DNA from: Pseudomonadota bacterium
Lineage (GTDB): Bacteria > Pseudomonadota > Alphaproteobacteria > Sphingomonadales > Sphingomonadaceae
DNA: 35,059 nucleotides
NCBI GenBank assembly: GCA_023390675.1
Contig: JAEWCK010000049.1
Coordinates: 1 to 35,059 of the forward strand
Direction of reading: 5' to 3'
Positions 19,252 through 28,663 of the stretch are shown here, one piece after another. The position numbers and the translations under genes were made by a program. The notes under the pieces were generated by a model. The model ran no database searches, had not been told where the DNA came from, and saw nothing but the letters and a program-made list of their open reading frames with translations. Position 1 is the first letter of the stretch. Every line of letters starts with the position of its first letter.

Positions 19252-19380
19252 GTTCTGTCTCCTCCGCGCCGGATACGCCCGGTCTTCCTCCTCGCTATCG
19301 CCCCGATGGTGGTCATGCAAGGTGGTATGTATTTCTGGTATGCAATAAATATACGCCTCGCGACGCCGACCCCAACCGGA

Positions 19381-19408
19381 ACCGGGCGCGGCGCGAAGCC
19401 GTCCCGGT
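19381..19408 (-). terminator. GC-rich stem-loop between TBDR gene 2 and the PL6 gene
   Basis: Nested inverted repeat ACCGGG-CG-CGGC-GCGAA-GCCG-T-CCCGGT shortly after the TBDR stop. No strong U-tract. Confidence 0.35.
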
Positions 19409-19423
19409 CCCGGGGCCGGGGGG

Positions 19424-22400
19424 CTAGAATTTGAGACTGACCCCCGCGGTGATCCGGCGGTCGGTGAGCCCCTGGAAGCAGAGGAGCGCCTTGTTGTTGA
19501 CGCAATACTGGTTCTGGTCCTCGCGGAGCAGGTTGATGCCCTCCACGCCGATATTGACGTTCCGGGTGATGTCGTAGTTGATGCTGGCGTTCAATTGCCC
19601 GCGCGCGCCGTTGATCAGCGGCAGACCGAAGAAGAACGGATCGTTCGAGACGAAGCTCGAACGCCACGTGTAGCGCGCCCGCGCGTTCAGTCCGTATTTG
19701 TCATAGAACAGGGTGGCGTTGTACGAGAATTTCGACAGGTTCGTCAGTGTGATGAGGTCCTGCGAATTGGGATGGCCCAGCATCGTGAACACGTTGCGGG
19801 GTCCGTCGGCCGCGCGATATTCGTGCGCCGATCCGCCGGTCTTCTGATAGGTGAAGTTGCCGATGAAGCCGAAGCCTGAGGCGAAGCCGAGCACGTTCTC
19901 ATAGGCCGAGAGGTCGTGCTGGAACGCGACTTCGATGCCGGTCTGCGTCGTCGTGCCCGGCACATTGAACGTCGAGAGCAAGGGCACGCAGATGCCCACG
20001 CCTTGGGTCGGGTTGTTGATGTTGCGGTTGGCGACCGGATTGTAGATGCCGCCCTGCTCGCACGGCGGGGTGATGTCGATGTTGAGGTTTCCGTTCGCGT
20101 CCAGATTGGGCGCCGGATCCTCCTGCCGCTGCGCGAACAAATTGGTACGCGACTTGTGGAAGAAGCCGATGCTCACCAGGCTCGACGGCGCGAAATAATA
20201 TTCACCCGAAAGGTCGAACGACCACACTGCCTCAGGGACCAGCGCCGGATTGCCCACCGCGACCGGCGTGTTCGCGCCGGTGCCGAACGAAAACGACGTG
20301 GAGAGCGTGTCGAAATTGGGCCGGCGGATGTCGCGGGCGACGCCGGCGCGGACGAGGAACTTGTTGGCCGGCTCGAGCACGAGGCTCACGCGCGGCAGCC
20401 AGAATTTGTACGAGCTTTTGGTGACGGTCTGTCCCGTCACCGTGCCGTTGGCGATGTTGTTGCCGACCGAGGCGAGCTCGGTGTTCAGCCAGCGCACGCC
20501 GGCGTTGCCGCGCAGGTGCATGCCGCCGATATCGCCTTCCAGGTTCGCCTGGAAATAGGCCGCGTGCGTCGTCTCGCGGATACTGAAAAAGCCGGCGAAG
20601 GATTCGGTGGGCGTGGTCAGCAACGGGACGGCCGGGCCTTGGGTCCTCGCCGCATTGCTTGCCGCAATTGCCGAATTGAGCGCGTTGAGCACGCCCGTAG
20701 GGTCGTCGAAGGAGCGGGCTCCGTCGATCAGGAGGAAATCGCTGAAGTAGAGCCGGCGTCCATCGGCGCCGTTGAAGTTGTTCGGCCCTGCGATCAGGAC
20801 GTCCGAGAACAGGTCGCCCGAGGGCCGGTTCCACGACGTGGTGGTGTTGGTCAGGCTGACATTGTTCGAGAAGACGTTGTTCACCGCGGAGGTGCGGTTC
20901 CAGCGATAGCCCGCGTCAAGCGAGGTGATGAACGGCACGACGTTCGAGAAGTCATAGGAAAGATCGGCGCGCGCCGCCCTTTCCTGATTGTCGGTCGTGT
21001 TCCCGCCTTGGGCCACTTGCTGGAGCTGATAATTGGCCGGGTCGAGCAGCTCGGCCGAGGTCGGCGCGAACGGGCTGGACTGGTCGATGCCGAACTGCAA
21101 CGTGCCGCCGCGCAGATCGAATTCGATCGGCACGCCATTGTCGATGCTCTTGCCGATGACCGGCTGCGGCCCCCGCGGATTGATGAAATCCATCGTCGTC
21201 GAGAAGTTGGGGAATTTCGACCTGGAGGTCGATAGCGAGATTTCCGAGCGCAGCTTGAGCCGATCGCTCAGCTGCCATTCGTAGCCGAAGTCGAACACGC
21301 GGCTGTGCGTAACGCGCGCGCCGGTGTCGCTCGAAGTGCGCATGTTCGGATCGATCACGGTGCCGGTGGAGCCGCCGACGCCGACGGTGCCGGCGACCGC
21401 GGCCTGGACGGTGCCGAGGTTGATCGGGCCGTTCGGGCCCTCGAGCGTGCCGAAATCGACGGTCTCGAAAGCCTTGTTATTGGTCGCATCGATCACCGAT
21501 TGGGTCGCGGTGCCGGAAATCTGGATGCGGTGGCTCTCCTGCGAGCGCTGCTGGTTGTTGATCGTCGCATCGAAATAGAGCCGCAGGTCGTCGCTCGGCT
21601 TCCACTCGAGCGCGCCGGTGCCGTTCCACGTTTCATATTCGTAATTGTCGAGCCCCTGCTGGAAGAACTGGATGCGCAGGAACGGAAATGCCTGCGCGCT
21701 GGGGCCTGATCTTGGCAGGACGACGGCGTCGCGATCGACACGGGGCGCAAAATTGGCGACGTCCTGGCGGGCATAGCTACCGCTCACTACGAGTCCGAGC
21801 TCGCCGATGCCCGTATCCCAGCGGCTGCCCACGGTCGCCGAGAGTCGCGGCAAGGTCGATCGCGAGAGGTCGCTGTTCTCGAATTGCCCGCGGAACGCGA
21901 TGAGCGGCTCCTTGAGGTCGAGCGGGCGGATCGTCCGTAGGTTGATCGTGCCGCCGACCGAGCCTTCGATCGTCTTGGCGGTTGGCACCTTGATCACTTC
22001 GACCGAGGCGATCAGCGCGGCGGGAAGATCCTCGAAGCTGATGCCCGAGCGGCCGGCGCCCGAGCCCACCGTCGACACGCCGTTGATCTCGGTCCGGTTC
22101 GCGTCGGTGCCGCGGATCTGCACGGCGTTGCCGACGCCGGCCTGGCGCGTGATCTGCACGCCCGTGACGTTTTCCAGCACCTCGGCGAGGTTCTGGTCGG
22201 GGAGCTTGCCGATATCCTCGGCCTGGATGACTTCGACGAGGTTGTCGGAGGCGCGCTTCTCGTTGAGCGCGCTCGCCAGCGAGCTGCGGATGCCGGTTAC
22301 GACTATTTCGTTTTGCGATTCGTCGCCGTCCGCTGCCGGAGTCTGGGCAACCGTGTCCTGCGCATGTGCCGGGTTCGCCACCACCGCGAGGGCCGTGCCG

Positions 22401-22462
22401 CTCAGCAGCACCGCCGCGAGTCGCATCTTGCCGACGCAGGGTGCACCTTGAATCCGTTTCAT
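19424..22462 (-). CDS. TonB-dependent receptor (carbohydrate-locus type)
   Basis: GGAGG SD, signal peptide ending AHA-Q, EIVVTGIRSSL, AEDIGKLPDQNLAE, GNPALVP and C-terminal aromatic residue (VSLKF). Confidence 0.95.
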   Translation of the reverse strand: MKRIQGAPCVGKMRLAAVLLSGTALAVVANPAHAQDTVAQTPAADGDESQNEIVVTGIRSSLASALNEKRASDNLVEVIQAEDIGKLPDQNLAEVLENVTGVQITRQAGVGNAVQIRGTDANRTEINGVSTVGSGAGRSGISFEDLPAALIASVEVIKVPTAKTIEGSVGGTINLRTIRPLDLKEPLIAFRGQFENSDLSRSTLPRLSATVGSRWDTGIGELGLVVSGSYARQDVANFAPRVDRDAVVLPRSGPSAQAFPFLRIQFFQQGLDNYEYETWNGTGALEWKPSDDLRLYFDATINNQQRSQESHRIQISGTATQSVIDATNNKAFETVDFGTLEGPNGPINLGTVQAAVAGTVGVGGSTGTVIDPNMRTSSDTGARVTHSRVFDFGYEWQLSDRLKLRSEISLSTSRSKFPNFSTTMDFINPRGPQPVIGKSIDNGVPIEFDLRGGTLQFGIDQSSPFAPTSAELLDPANYQLQQVAQGGNTTDNQERAARADLSYDFSNVVPFITSLDAGYRWNRTSAVNNVFSNNVSLTNTTTSWNRPSGDLFSDVLIAGPNNFNGADGRRLYFSDFLLIDGARSFDDPTGVLNALNSAIAASNAARTQGPAVPLLTTPTESFAGFFSIRETTHAAYFQANLEGDIGGMHLRGNAGVRWLNTELASVGNNIANGTVTGQTVTKSSYKFWLPRVSLVLEPANKFLVRAGVARDIRRPNFDTLSTSFSFGTGANTPVAVGNPALVPEAVWSFDLSGEYYFAPSSLVSIGFFHKSRTNLFAQRQEDPAPNLDANGNLNIDITPPCEQGGIYNPVANRNINNPTQGVGICVPLLSTFNVPGTTTQTGIEVAFQHDLSAYENVLGFASGFGFIGNFTYQKTGGSAHEYRAADGPRNVFTMLGHPNSQDLITLTNLSKFSYNATLFYDKYGLNARARYTWRSSFVSNDPFFFGLPLINGARGQLNASINYDITRNVNIGVEGINLLREDQNQYCVNNKALLCFQGLTDRRITAGVSLKF

Positions 22463-22492
22463 ACTTCCTCCCTGTCAGTCTGTTTTGAGGGG

Positions 22493-22573
22493 AGGTTTGA
22501 GTTGTTTTACCAATATGTCAACCGAATTTGCGTGCCTGGCTGCGCTAACGCCAGTCCTATGACTTATACCAAT
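22493..22573 (-). promoter_or_regulatory. sigma70-like promoter of the alginate operon with FadR-type operators
   Basis: Minus strand TTGACA at 22516-22521. The spacer contains TTGT-TTT-ACCAA (22502-22513), and an upstream site TTATACCAAT lies at 22564-22573. Confidence 0.6.
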
Positions 22574-22761
22574 CGCCTATTCCAGATCGGGCCTTCGTGA
22601 CGCTTCTCTTACTAACGTTGCGTGCCACTGAATTTACCAGCCGGCACTCCTCGTTGGCCTCTCAGGTGCGCGCTTCCGACTCCTGGCATCGACACGCGCG
22701 CCTTCGACCGAGGCAGCCCCGTCTGTTTGAAACTGGGATCATTCGCGATAAGGGCTCCGTC

Positions 22762-23994
22762 ATGGCACATGAGCCTGAAACACCTGGCAGGCTCACTGCA
22801 ATCATCACGGAAGGGGCAGCCGCCGAAACGATGGTGGTCGCCGGCTCGCGGCTGGCGCGGGCACTCGGCTTGCCGTGGGAAGCGATCTTCATCGAAACGG
22901 CCGACGATGCCAAGCGCGGAGATGGGGCGGTGGCGGACGCGCTGGCGCTCGCAGCCAAGACCGGCGGGACGATCGCCACGGTGCCCGCGGCGACGCTGCT
23001 CGACGGGATCGTCGAACATCTCAGGAACTCGCCTGCTACGCATCTCGCGATCGCCCGTGATTGCGCGGCCGAGCGCGTGTCGTGGCGCGCGACGCTCGCC
23101 GATGCGGTCATGCGGCAAATGGCCGATATCACGCTCCACCAGATTGCCATCGATAGCAGTTTGTCCCAGCCTGCGACGCCGCGTCCCTCGCGCGCGCCTG
23201 CGTTCGCAATTCGCGACTATGCGCTGGCCGTGCTGTCGGTCTTGGTGACGCTGGCGCTGGCCGAGGCGCTTCGGCTGGTTGCCAGCACCCGTTCGCTGGA
23301 CCTCATATTCCTGTTCCCGGTGATCGGCGTCGCGGCCCGGCTCGGCCTGCGGCCGGCATTGCTCGCCGCCGCGCTGTCGGTCTTCGCGTATAATTATTTC
23401 CTGCTCGCGCCCGCCTTGAGCTTCGATCTGCGCACGCCGCAGAATTGGGTGATGTCGGTGGTATTCTTCGCGGCGGCCGCCTATACGAGCATTGTCACCG
23501 ACCGGATGCGGGGGCGGCTCCTGCTCAGCGACCGGAGCGCGCGCGAGAATGCGAGCCTCGCCGCTCTCGCGCAGCGGCTGACGCGAGACTCGGATTGGGA
23601 GACAACCGCGGCGACCCTGTGCGAGCATGTCCACGCGCTGCTCGATCTACAGGCAATCATGTTTCGCGAAGTCGATGGTGCGCTGGTGATGGCTGCTGCG
23701 GTGCCTCCGGCGAATGCGCTCGGCCCGATCGATCAGGCCGCGCTCGACTGGTGTTGGTCGCACGGCGAGGAGGCGGGCTCGGGCACCGCGATGGTCTCGG
23801 CCGCGAACTGGCAGTTCCATCCGCTCAAGACCTCACTCGGCATGCTCGCAGTGCTCGGCGTCGCGCGTGAGGACGGGCGCGATCCGGTGCGGGCTGACCG
23901 ACGTGTGCTGCTATCGACGATCATCGCCCAGGCGGCGCTGGCGCACGAGCGGCTCCGGCTCGAGGACGACATGCGCGCTGCACCGCTGCGCTAG
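22762..23994 (+). CDS. KdpD-like membrane sensor (Usp-like + DUF4118 + GAF) lacking the kinase domains
   Basis: SRLARALGLPWEAIFIET (KdpD Usp-like), four TM segments with GLRPALLAA..S...YNYF..P, and GAF with AG.GT...W.F.PLKT..G.L.VLG. It ends at QAALAHERLRL with no H-box. Confidence 0.82.
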   Translation: MAHEPETPGRLTAIITEGAAAETMVVAGSRLARALGLPWEAIFIETADDAKRGDGAVADALALAAKTGGTIATVPAATLLDGIVEHLRNSPATHLAIARDCAAERVSWRATLADAVMRQMADITLHQIAIDSSLSQPATPRPSRAPAFAIRDYALAVLSVLVTLALAEALRLVASTRSLDLIFLFPVIGVAARLGLRPALLAAALSVFAYNYFLLAPALSFDLRTPQNWVMSVVFFAAAAYTSIVTDRMRGRLLLSDRSARENASLAALAQRLTRDSDWETTAATLCEHVHALLDLQAIMFREVDGALVMAAAVPPANALGPIDQAALDWCWSHGEEAGSGTAMVSAANWQFHPLKTSLGMLAVLGVAREDGRDPVRADRRVLLSTIIAQAALAHERLRLEDDMRAAPLR

Positions 23995-23995
23995 C

Positions 23996-25729
23996 CTAGC
24001 CGTAGCGCCAGGCGAGGACGCCTGAGGCGGTCGCCACCACGACGACGACGAGCAACGCGCCCATTCGCGCGTAATCGGTGAAGCGATAGCCGCCCGGCCC
24101 CATCACCAGCAGATTGTTCTGATGCCCAATCGGCGTGAGGAAATCCGACGAGGCTCCGACCAGCACGGCAAGCAGCACGGCATCGGCGGGAACGCCGAGG
24201 AGATGCGCCGCGTCGATCGCCAACGGCCCCATGATGATCGCAGTCGCGATGTTGTTGAGGAAAATCGAGAGCAACAGCGTGAGTGCGCATAGCGCTGCGA
24301 GCACGACAAACAACGGCATCCCGGCAAGCGCGCCACCGATTGCGGAAGCGGCGAGATCGGCGGCGCCGCTGGTCTCGAAACTCTGGCCCACTGGGATCAT
24401 CGCGGCGAGCAGGACGACCACGCTCCAGTCGATCGAGCGATATATCTCATCCGCCGGGATCATCCGGGCAGCCGCGAGCAGGCCCGCGGCGCCGAGAAAC
24501 GCGATCGCTGGCGATATTCCGCCGAGGACGACGCCTGTGACGGCTGCGGCAAAGACGCTTAAGACCGCGATCGCTCTGCCCGGCGCGACTGGCACGGGAT
24601 CGACGCGATCGATCTCGAGCAGGCGCGCGCGCGTGAGGAACGGCGCGAGATCGGTCGCGCGCCCGCGCAGGAATAGCTGGTCGCCGGCCTCGATCCGCAT
24701 GCGACCCAGCGGAATTCGCTGCCTCGCCGCGCGTGGGCCGACGGCGACCACCGCGAGCGTACCGCCGCTATGCGTCGCGACGGCATCATGTCCTTCGCCG
24801 ATCAGAAGCGAGCCATGAGCAACCACGACACGCGCGGTGACTTGTTGCCGGTCCGCGCTCGCTGCGGGCAGCGGCTCGAATCCCGTGCGGTCGGCGATGG
24901 CCCACTGATTGTCGCGCGATACGAGGAGCAGCCGATCGCCAGCGGCCAGCACGAGACCGGGGCCGACCGCGAGTCGGGCCTCGCCGCGATGGATCGCCAG
25001 CAAGCGGGCCTTCGCTTCCCTCAATTCCGCCTTGACTGTCGAGAGCGACTGGCCCGCGAGAGCCGCAGGCAGCGCGAGTTCGTAGACTCGCCAGGGCGGG
25101 CGCGTCGCCCGTTCGGCCGTTTGCCGGATCGGCAGCAGCCGCCACCCTAGCAGCGCGAGATAGGCTAGCCCCGCCACCGCTACCGCGATTCCCACGGGCG
25201 TCATGGCAAAGAAACCGAAGGGCACGCCGAGCTCGTCTTCGCGCACCGAGGACAGGATCAGATTGGCCGGGGTCCCGATCAGCGTCGTCATCCCGCCCAG
25301 AATCGTCGCGAAGGCGAGTGGCATCAGCGTGGCGGCGGGCGGCTTGCGCGCGCCGCGTGCGATCTCGGCGGCTACTGGCATGGTGATCACCAGCGCGGCA
25401 ATGTTGTTCATGAAGGCCGAGAGCAGAGCGCCGCTTGCGAGCAGCGCGGCGAGGCGGGCGCTGAAGGGCGCGCGCTTCGGGATGGCGCTCCGGGCGATCG
25501 CCGAAGCCGCGCCCGACAGCTCGACCGCCCGACCGACGACGAGGATCGCGGCGACCGCGATCACCGCCGGATCGGCGAACCCGCGCAGCGCCTGTCCAGG
25601 CGCCACCAGCCCCAGCGCCAGACAGGCGAAGAGCGCTGCGAGTGCCACCAAGTCATGGCGTACGCGCTCGGAGACGAACAGCGCGAGCGTAACGCCCAGT
25701 ATCAGGGCGCTCTGGGCGGCATCGCTCAC
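23996..25729 (-). CDS. SLC13/CitMHS-type permease with two degenerate TrkA-C (RCK_C) domains
   Basis: SAFMNN, GGMTTLIGTPANL, SIFLNN and FLTPIGHQNNLLVMGPGGYRFTDY motifs, plus central soluble LAAGDRLLL and IEAGDQLFL repeats. The GTG start overlaps the antiporter stop. Confidence 0.9.
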   Translation of the reverse strand: MSDAAQSALILGVTLALFVSERVRHDLVALAALFACLALGLVAPGQALRGFADPAVIAVAAILVVGRAVELSGAASAIARSAIPKRAPFSARLAALLASGALLSAFMNNIAALVITMPVAAEIARGARKPPAATLMPLAFATILGGMTTLIGTPANLILSSVREDELGVPFGFFAMTPVGIAVAVAGLAYLALLGWRLLPIRQTAERATRPPWRVYELALPAALAGQSLSTVKAELREAKARLLAIHRGEARLAVGPGLVLAAGDRLLLVSRDNQWAIADRTGFEPLPAASADRQQVTARVVVAHGSLLIGEGHDAVATHSGGTLAVVAVGPRAARQRIPLGRMRIEAGDQLFLRGRATDLAPFLTRARLLEIDRVDPVPVAPGRAIAVLSVFAAAVTGVVLGGISPAIAFLGAAGLLAAARMIPADEIYRSIDWSVVVLLAAMIPVGQSFETSGAADLAASAIGGALAGMPLFVVLAALCALTLLLSIFLNNIATAIIMGPLAIDAAHLLGVPADAVLLAVLVGASSDFLTPIGHQNNLLVMGPGGYRFTDYARMGALLVVVVVATASGVLAWRYG

Positions 25730-27000
25730 CCGGAAGCTGCCTCGCGCCTTCTCACCCGATGAAGCGCGCGCTCGATCGTTCCACCCTGCACGATGACCGC
25801 GAAGAGCACGACGATGTAGGTTGCCGCGAGCGCCACCGAACGCGCCGGACCTTCTGGCAAGCCGAGCGCCAAAGCGACCGATATCCCGCCGCGCAGCCCG
25901 CCCCAGATCAGCGTCACCGGAGCCAACCGTCCCAGATCGAGCAGCGGGCGCATCCCGGCGAGCGGCAACAGCACCGAAATGGCGCGCGCTGCTATCACCA
26001 GCGGAATCGCCAGCGCGCCGATCACCAGCAGCCGCGGATCGGCGGGGATCGTCACCACTTCGAGCCCGATCAGCAGGAACAGCACGGCGTTGAGGATGTC
26101 GTCGATCAGCGCCCAAAATTTGAGGACATAATCCCGCGTCACGTCGCTCATCGCATACGCCACCCCGGCGTTGCCGATCACCAGTCCGGCAACCGCCATC
26201 GCAACCGGCCCGCTGACATGGACCCCGTGCGCAATCGCATAGCCGCCCATTACCACAGCAAGGCTGATCAGCACCTCGGTCTTGTACTCGTCGATCGACC
26301 GCATCGCGCGGAAGCCGATCCAGCCGATGCCGAGCCCGAGCAGCACGCCCCCGCCCGCTTCGATGAGGAACATGTGGGCGGCGTGGGGCAGCGAGAATTG
26401 CGCACCGGACAGCGCCGAGGAGAGCAGGATCACGAACACCACCACGCCTACGCCGTCGTTGAACAGGCTTTCGCCAGCGACCGTCGCCTCGAGTGTGGGA
26501 GTGACGTCGGCGCGCCTGAGGATGCCCATCACCGAAACCGGGTCAGTCGGGCTGATCAGCGCGCCGAAGACGAAGCACCAGATCAGCGGCAGGCCGAAAC
26601 CGAGCAGTCCCGAAAGAAAGAAGAACCCCGCCCCGACTAGAGCGGTCGAGAACAGCACGCCGATGGTGCTGAGCACGAGGATCGGCCAGCGCCCGCGCTG
26701 CATCTCGCGCCAGTCGACGTGCAACGCTCCGGCGAAGAGCAGGAACGAAAGCATGCCGTTCATCAGCGTTTCGTGAAAGTCGATGCCTGCGATGAATCCC
26801 GCGATATTCGTACCGAGCGTGCTGCCCGGCAGCACTCGATCCAGCCCCACGACAATGAGCGATGCGAGTGCTCCCATCATCGTAAGCCCGACCGACTGGG
26901 GCAGCTTGAGGAAGCGATGATTGAAATAACCGAGCACCGCGGCGAGCACGATCAGGATTGCCGCTCCGTCGAAAGGCGTGAGCACGATGCCGCCGATCAT
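25726..27000 (-). CDS. Na+/H+ antiporter, CPA1 (NhaP) family
   Basis: LLFAGALH, FGALISPTDPV, GESLFNDG and WGGLRGGISVALAL motifs. ATG 27000 overlaps the DUF389 stop (ATGA). Confidence 0.93.
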   Translation of the reverse strand: MIGGIVLTPFDGAAILIVLAAVLGYFNHRFLKLPQSVGLTMMGALASLIVVGLDRVLPGSTLGTNIAGFIAGIDFHETLMNGMLSFLLFAGALHVDWREMQRGRWPILVLSTIGVLFSTALVGAGFFFLSGLLGFGLPLIWCFVFGALISPTDPVSVMGILRRADVTPTLEATVAGESLFNDGVGVVVFVILLSSALSGAQFSLPHAAHMFLIEAGGGVLLGLGIGWIGFRAMRSIDEYKTEVLISLAVVMGGYAIAHGVHVSGPVAMAVAGLVIGNAGVAYAMSDVTRDYVLKFWALIDDILNAVLFLLIGLEVVTIPADPRLLVIGALAIPLVIAARAISVLLPLAGMRPLLDLGRLAPVTLIWGGLRGGISVALALGLPEGPARSVALAATYIVVLFAVIVQGGTIERALHRVRRREAASG

Positions 27001-28541
27001 TGCGCCGCCTCGTTTAGCGTGAAGGCCTGTCCCGCTAGTGGCGCCGGTCGCGCTTCGATGCCCGCCTCGCGCAGCACCGCGGCGACGGCCAGCGCTCGCC
27101 GCGTCGTGAGTCCCGGTTTCTCGGGCACAGTCTCCGGCAAGCCCGGAACACCGAGCGCCAGGAGGTTCCAACGCTGCGCGGCCCAGGCCGATGTCGCCAC
27201 AGCCTCGCGCGCAGCGGAATCCAGCGCATCGGCGCCATCGGCGAAGCGGATCTCCGGCAACGCGGCGCGCGGCGGTACGATGGCGATCTCCCAGCCTTCC
27301 GCTTCGGCTTGCAGACGCATCTCCAGCGCGCGGTAGGTAGCGAGTGTTGCGCCGGGCAGCGGCGCGGCGGGCGCAGTCGCGCGATGATGGTCGCGGTCGA
27401 CCGTCACGCCGTCCGCCGCGATTCCCGCCGCCAGCGCGACCAGCCGGGAAATCTCGCTGGCACGCTCGATCTCTGCGCGCGCCGAGTCGCTGACTTGCCG
27501 CATCTCCTCGCGCTGCGCGTCGAGTGCCCCGGCGCCGGGCTCGAGCAGAACCTGGTCGAGCCGCAGCGCGACCTTGGTGCCGATGTCCCGTTCGAGCTGC
27601 ACGCGGAGTGCATCGGGTTGTTGCATCCTGCCCCGCGGCGTGATCACCACCGCGCGCACCGCGACCGGTCTGGCATCGAAATCAATATTGAGCTGCGTGA
27701 TCCGCGCGTCGTTGCCGAAGCGCTCGCCGATCGCCGATCGCACGCGCGTCATCGTCAGCGCCTCATAAGCGATGTGGTGCAGCGACAAGCCAAGCGGGAT
27801 CGCCATGGCGCCGAAGACAAGCAGGAGAAGGAGCGTCTGCGTCCAAGTCTGCTGGCTCGAAAGGAAATGGCCGAATCCATAGAAGCGCGCCATCACCGTC
27901 GCGGCCAACGCAATCGTTACGAAATTGGTCGCGAACAAGGCGAGGCTGCCCCCGAGCACCGGTATGTTCCAGGTGGCGAGGCCATAGCCGACCACAGCGA
28001 GCGGTGGCATCAACGCAGTCGCGATCGCCACTCCCACGATCGTCTCGCCGCGCCCCCGGATGATCGCGAAAGTGCCGGCCAGCGCCGCGAACAGCGCGAC
28101 GCCGAGATCGAACAAATTGGGGCGCGTGCGTGCGATGATCTCCTCGGTCGCGGCCTGCAGCGGCGACGCGAGGACGATCAGCGCCGTGAATCCCACCGCG
28201 AGCGCCGAACCCACGGCGAGCGCGGCGAGCGACCGCCGCATCTCGGTGAAGTCGAACAGTGCCAGGCTGAAGCCGAGCCCGAGAATTGGCCCCATCAGCG
28301 GCGAGATCAGCATCGCACCGATCACCACGGCTGGGGAGGAGAGCAGCAGCCCCAGGACCGCGATCCCAGCCGACATCATCGTCATGAAGGCGTAGCGTGG
28401 CGCCCAGCCGCTATCCTCGCAAATCCGCTTCATCACGGCCGCGTGATCGACGCTTCCGACGATCGCGCTCCGCCACCACAGATACGGCATGTTGCGGCGC
28501 CAGCGCGCGACAGAAGCGGAGTCGGCAGTGTTCAACGTCAA
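26997..28541 (-). CDS. DUF389 (TIGR00341-like) membrane protein with long C-terminal extension
   Basis: IA.LGLL..SPAVVIGAMLISPLMGPI, EI.ART.PNL.DL.VAL and GVAIATALMPPL motifs. TTG start follows GAGGGG. Confidence 0.9.
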   Translation of the reverse strand: MTLNTADSASVARWRRNMPYLWWRSAIVGSVDHAAVMKRICEDSGWAPRYAFMTMMSAGIAVLGLLLSSPAVVIGAMLISPLMGPILGLGFSLALFDFTEMRRSLAALAVGSALAVGFTALIVLASPLQAATEEIIARTRPNLFDLGVALFAALAGTFAIIRGRGETIVGVAIATALMPPLAVVGYGLATWNIPVLGGSLALFATNFVTIALAATVMARFYGFGHFLSSQQTWTQTLLLLLVFGAMAIPLGLSLHHIAYEALTMTRVRSAIGERFGNDARITQLNIDFDARPVAVRAVVITPRGRMQQPDALRVQLERDIGTKVALRLDQVLLEPGAGALDAQREEMRQVSDSARAEIERASEISRLVALAAGIAADGVTVDRDHHRATAPAAPLPGATLATYRALEMRLQAEAEGWEIAIVPPRAALPEIRFADGADALDSAAREAVATSAWAAQRWNLLALGVPGLPETVPEKPGLTTRRALAVAAVLREAGIEARPAPLAGQAFTLNEAAQ

Positions 28542-28663
28542 TGGGCCCCTCGATTGCCTGTTCGGTCTTTGTTAACGCCGCCCCGCGTCCAACTCCACCA
28601 AAAGGCCAGCAATTTTGGTTCGGCGGGGTGGAGACTCCGCGCGGAATGGGTCACAGGCGTACG

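Noticed and set aside
19252..19320. Longer PL6 N-terminus (MHDHHRGDSEEED...) from TTG 19320
   Set aside because: The acidic leader is incompatible with a signal peptide, and a strong GGAGG SD precedes ATG 19251.
22762..25729. c-di-AMP signalling link via the Usp and RCK_C domains
   Set aside because: Such binding is established mainly in Firmicutes. There is no diadenylate cyclase here, the domains are degenerate, and alphaproteobacteria are not generally known to use c-di-AMP.
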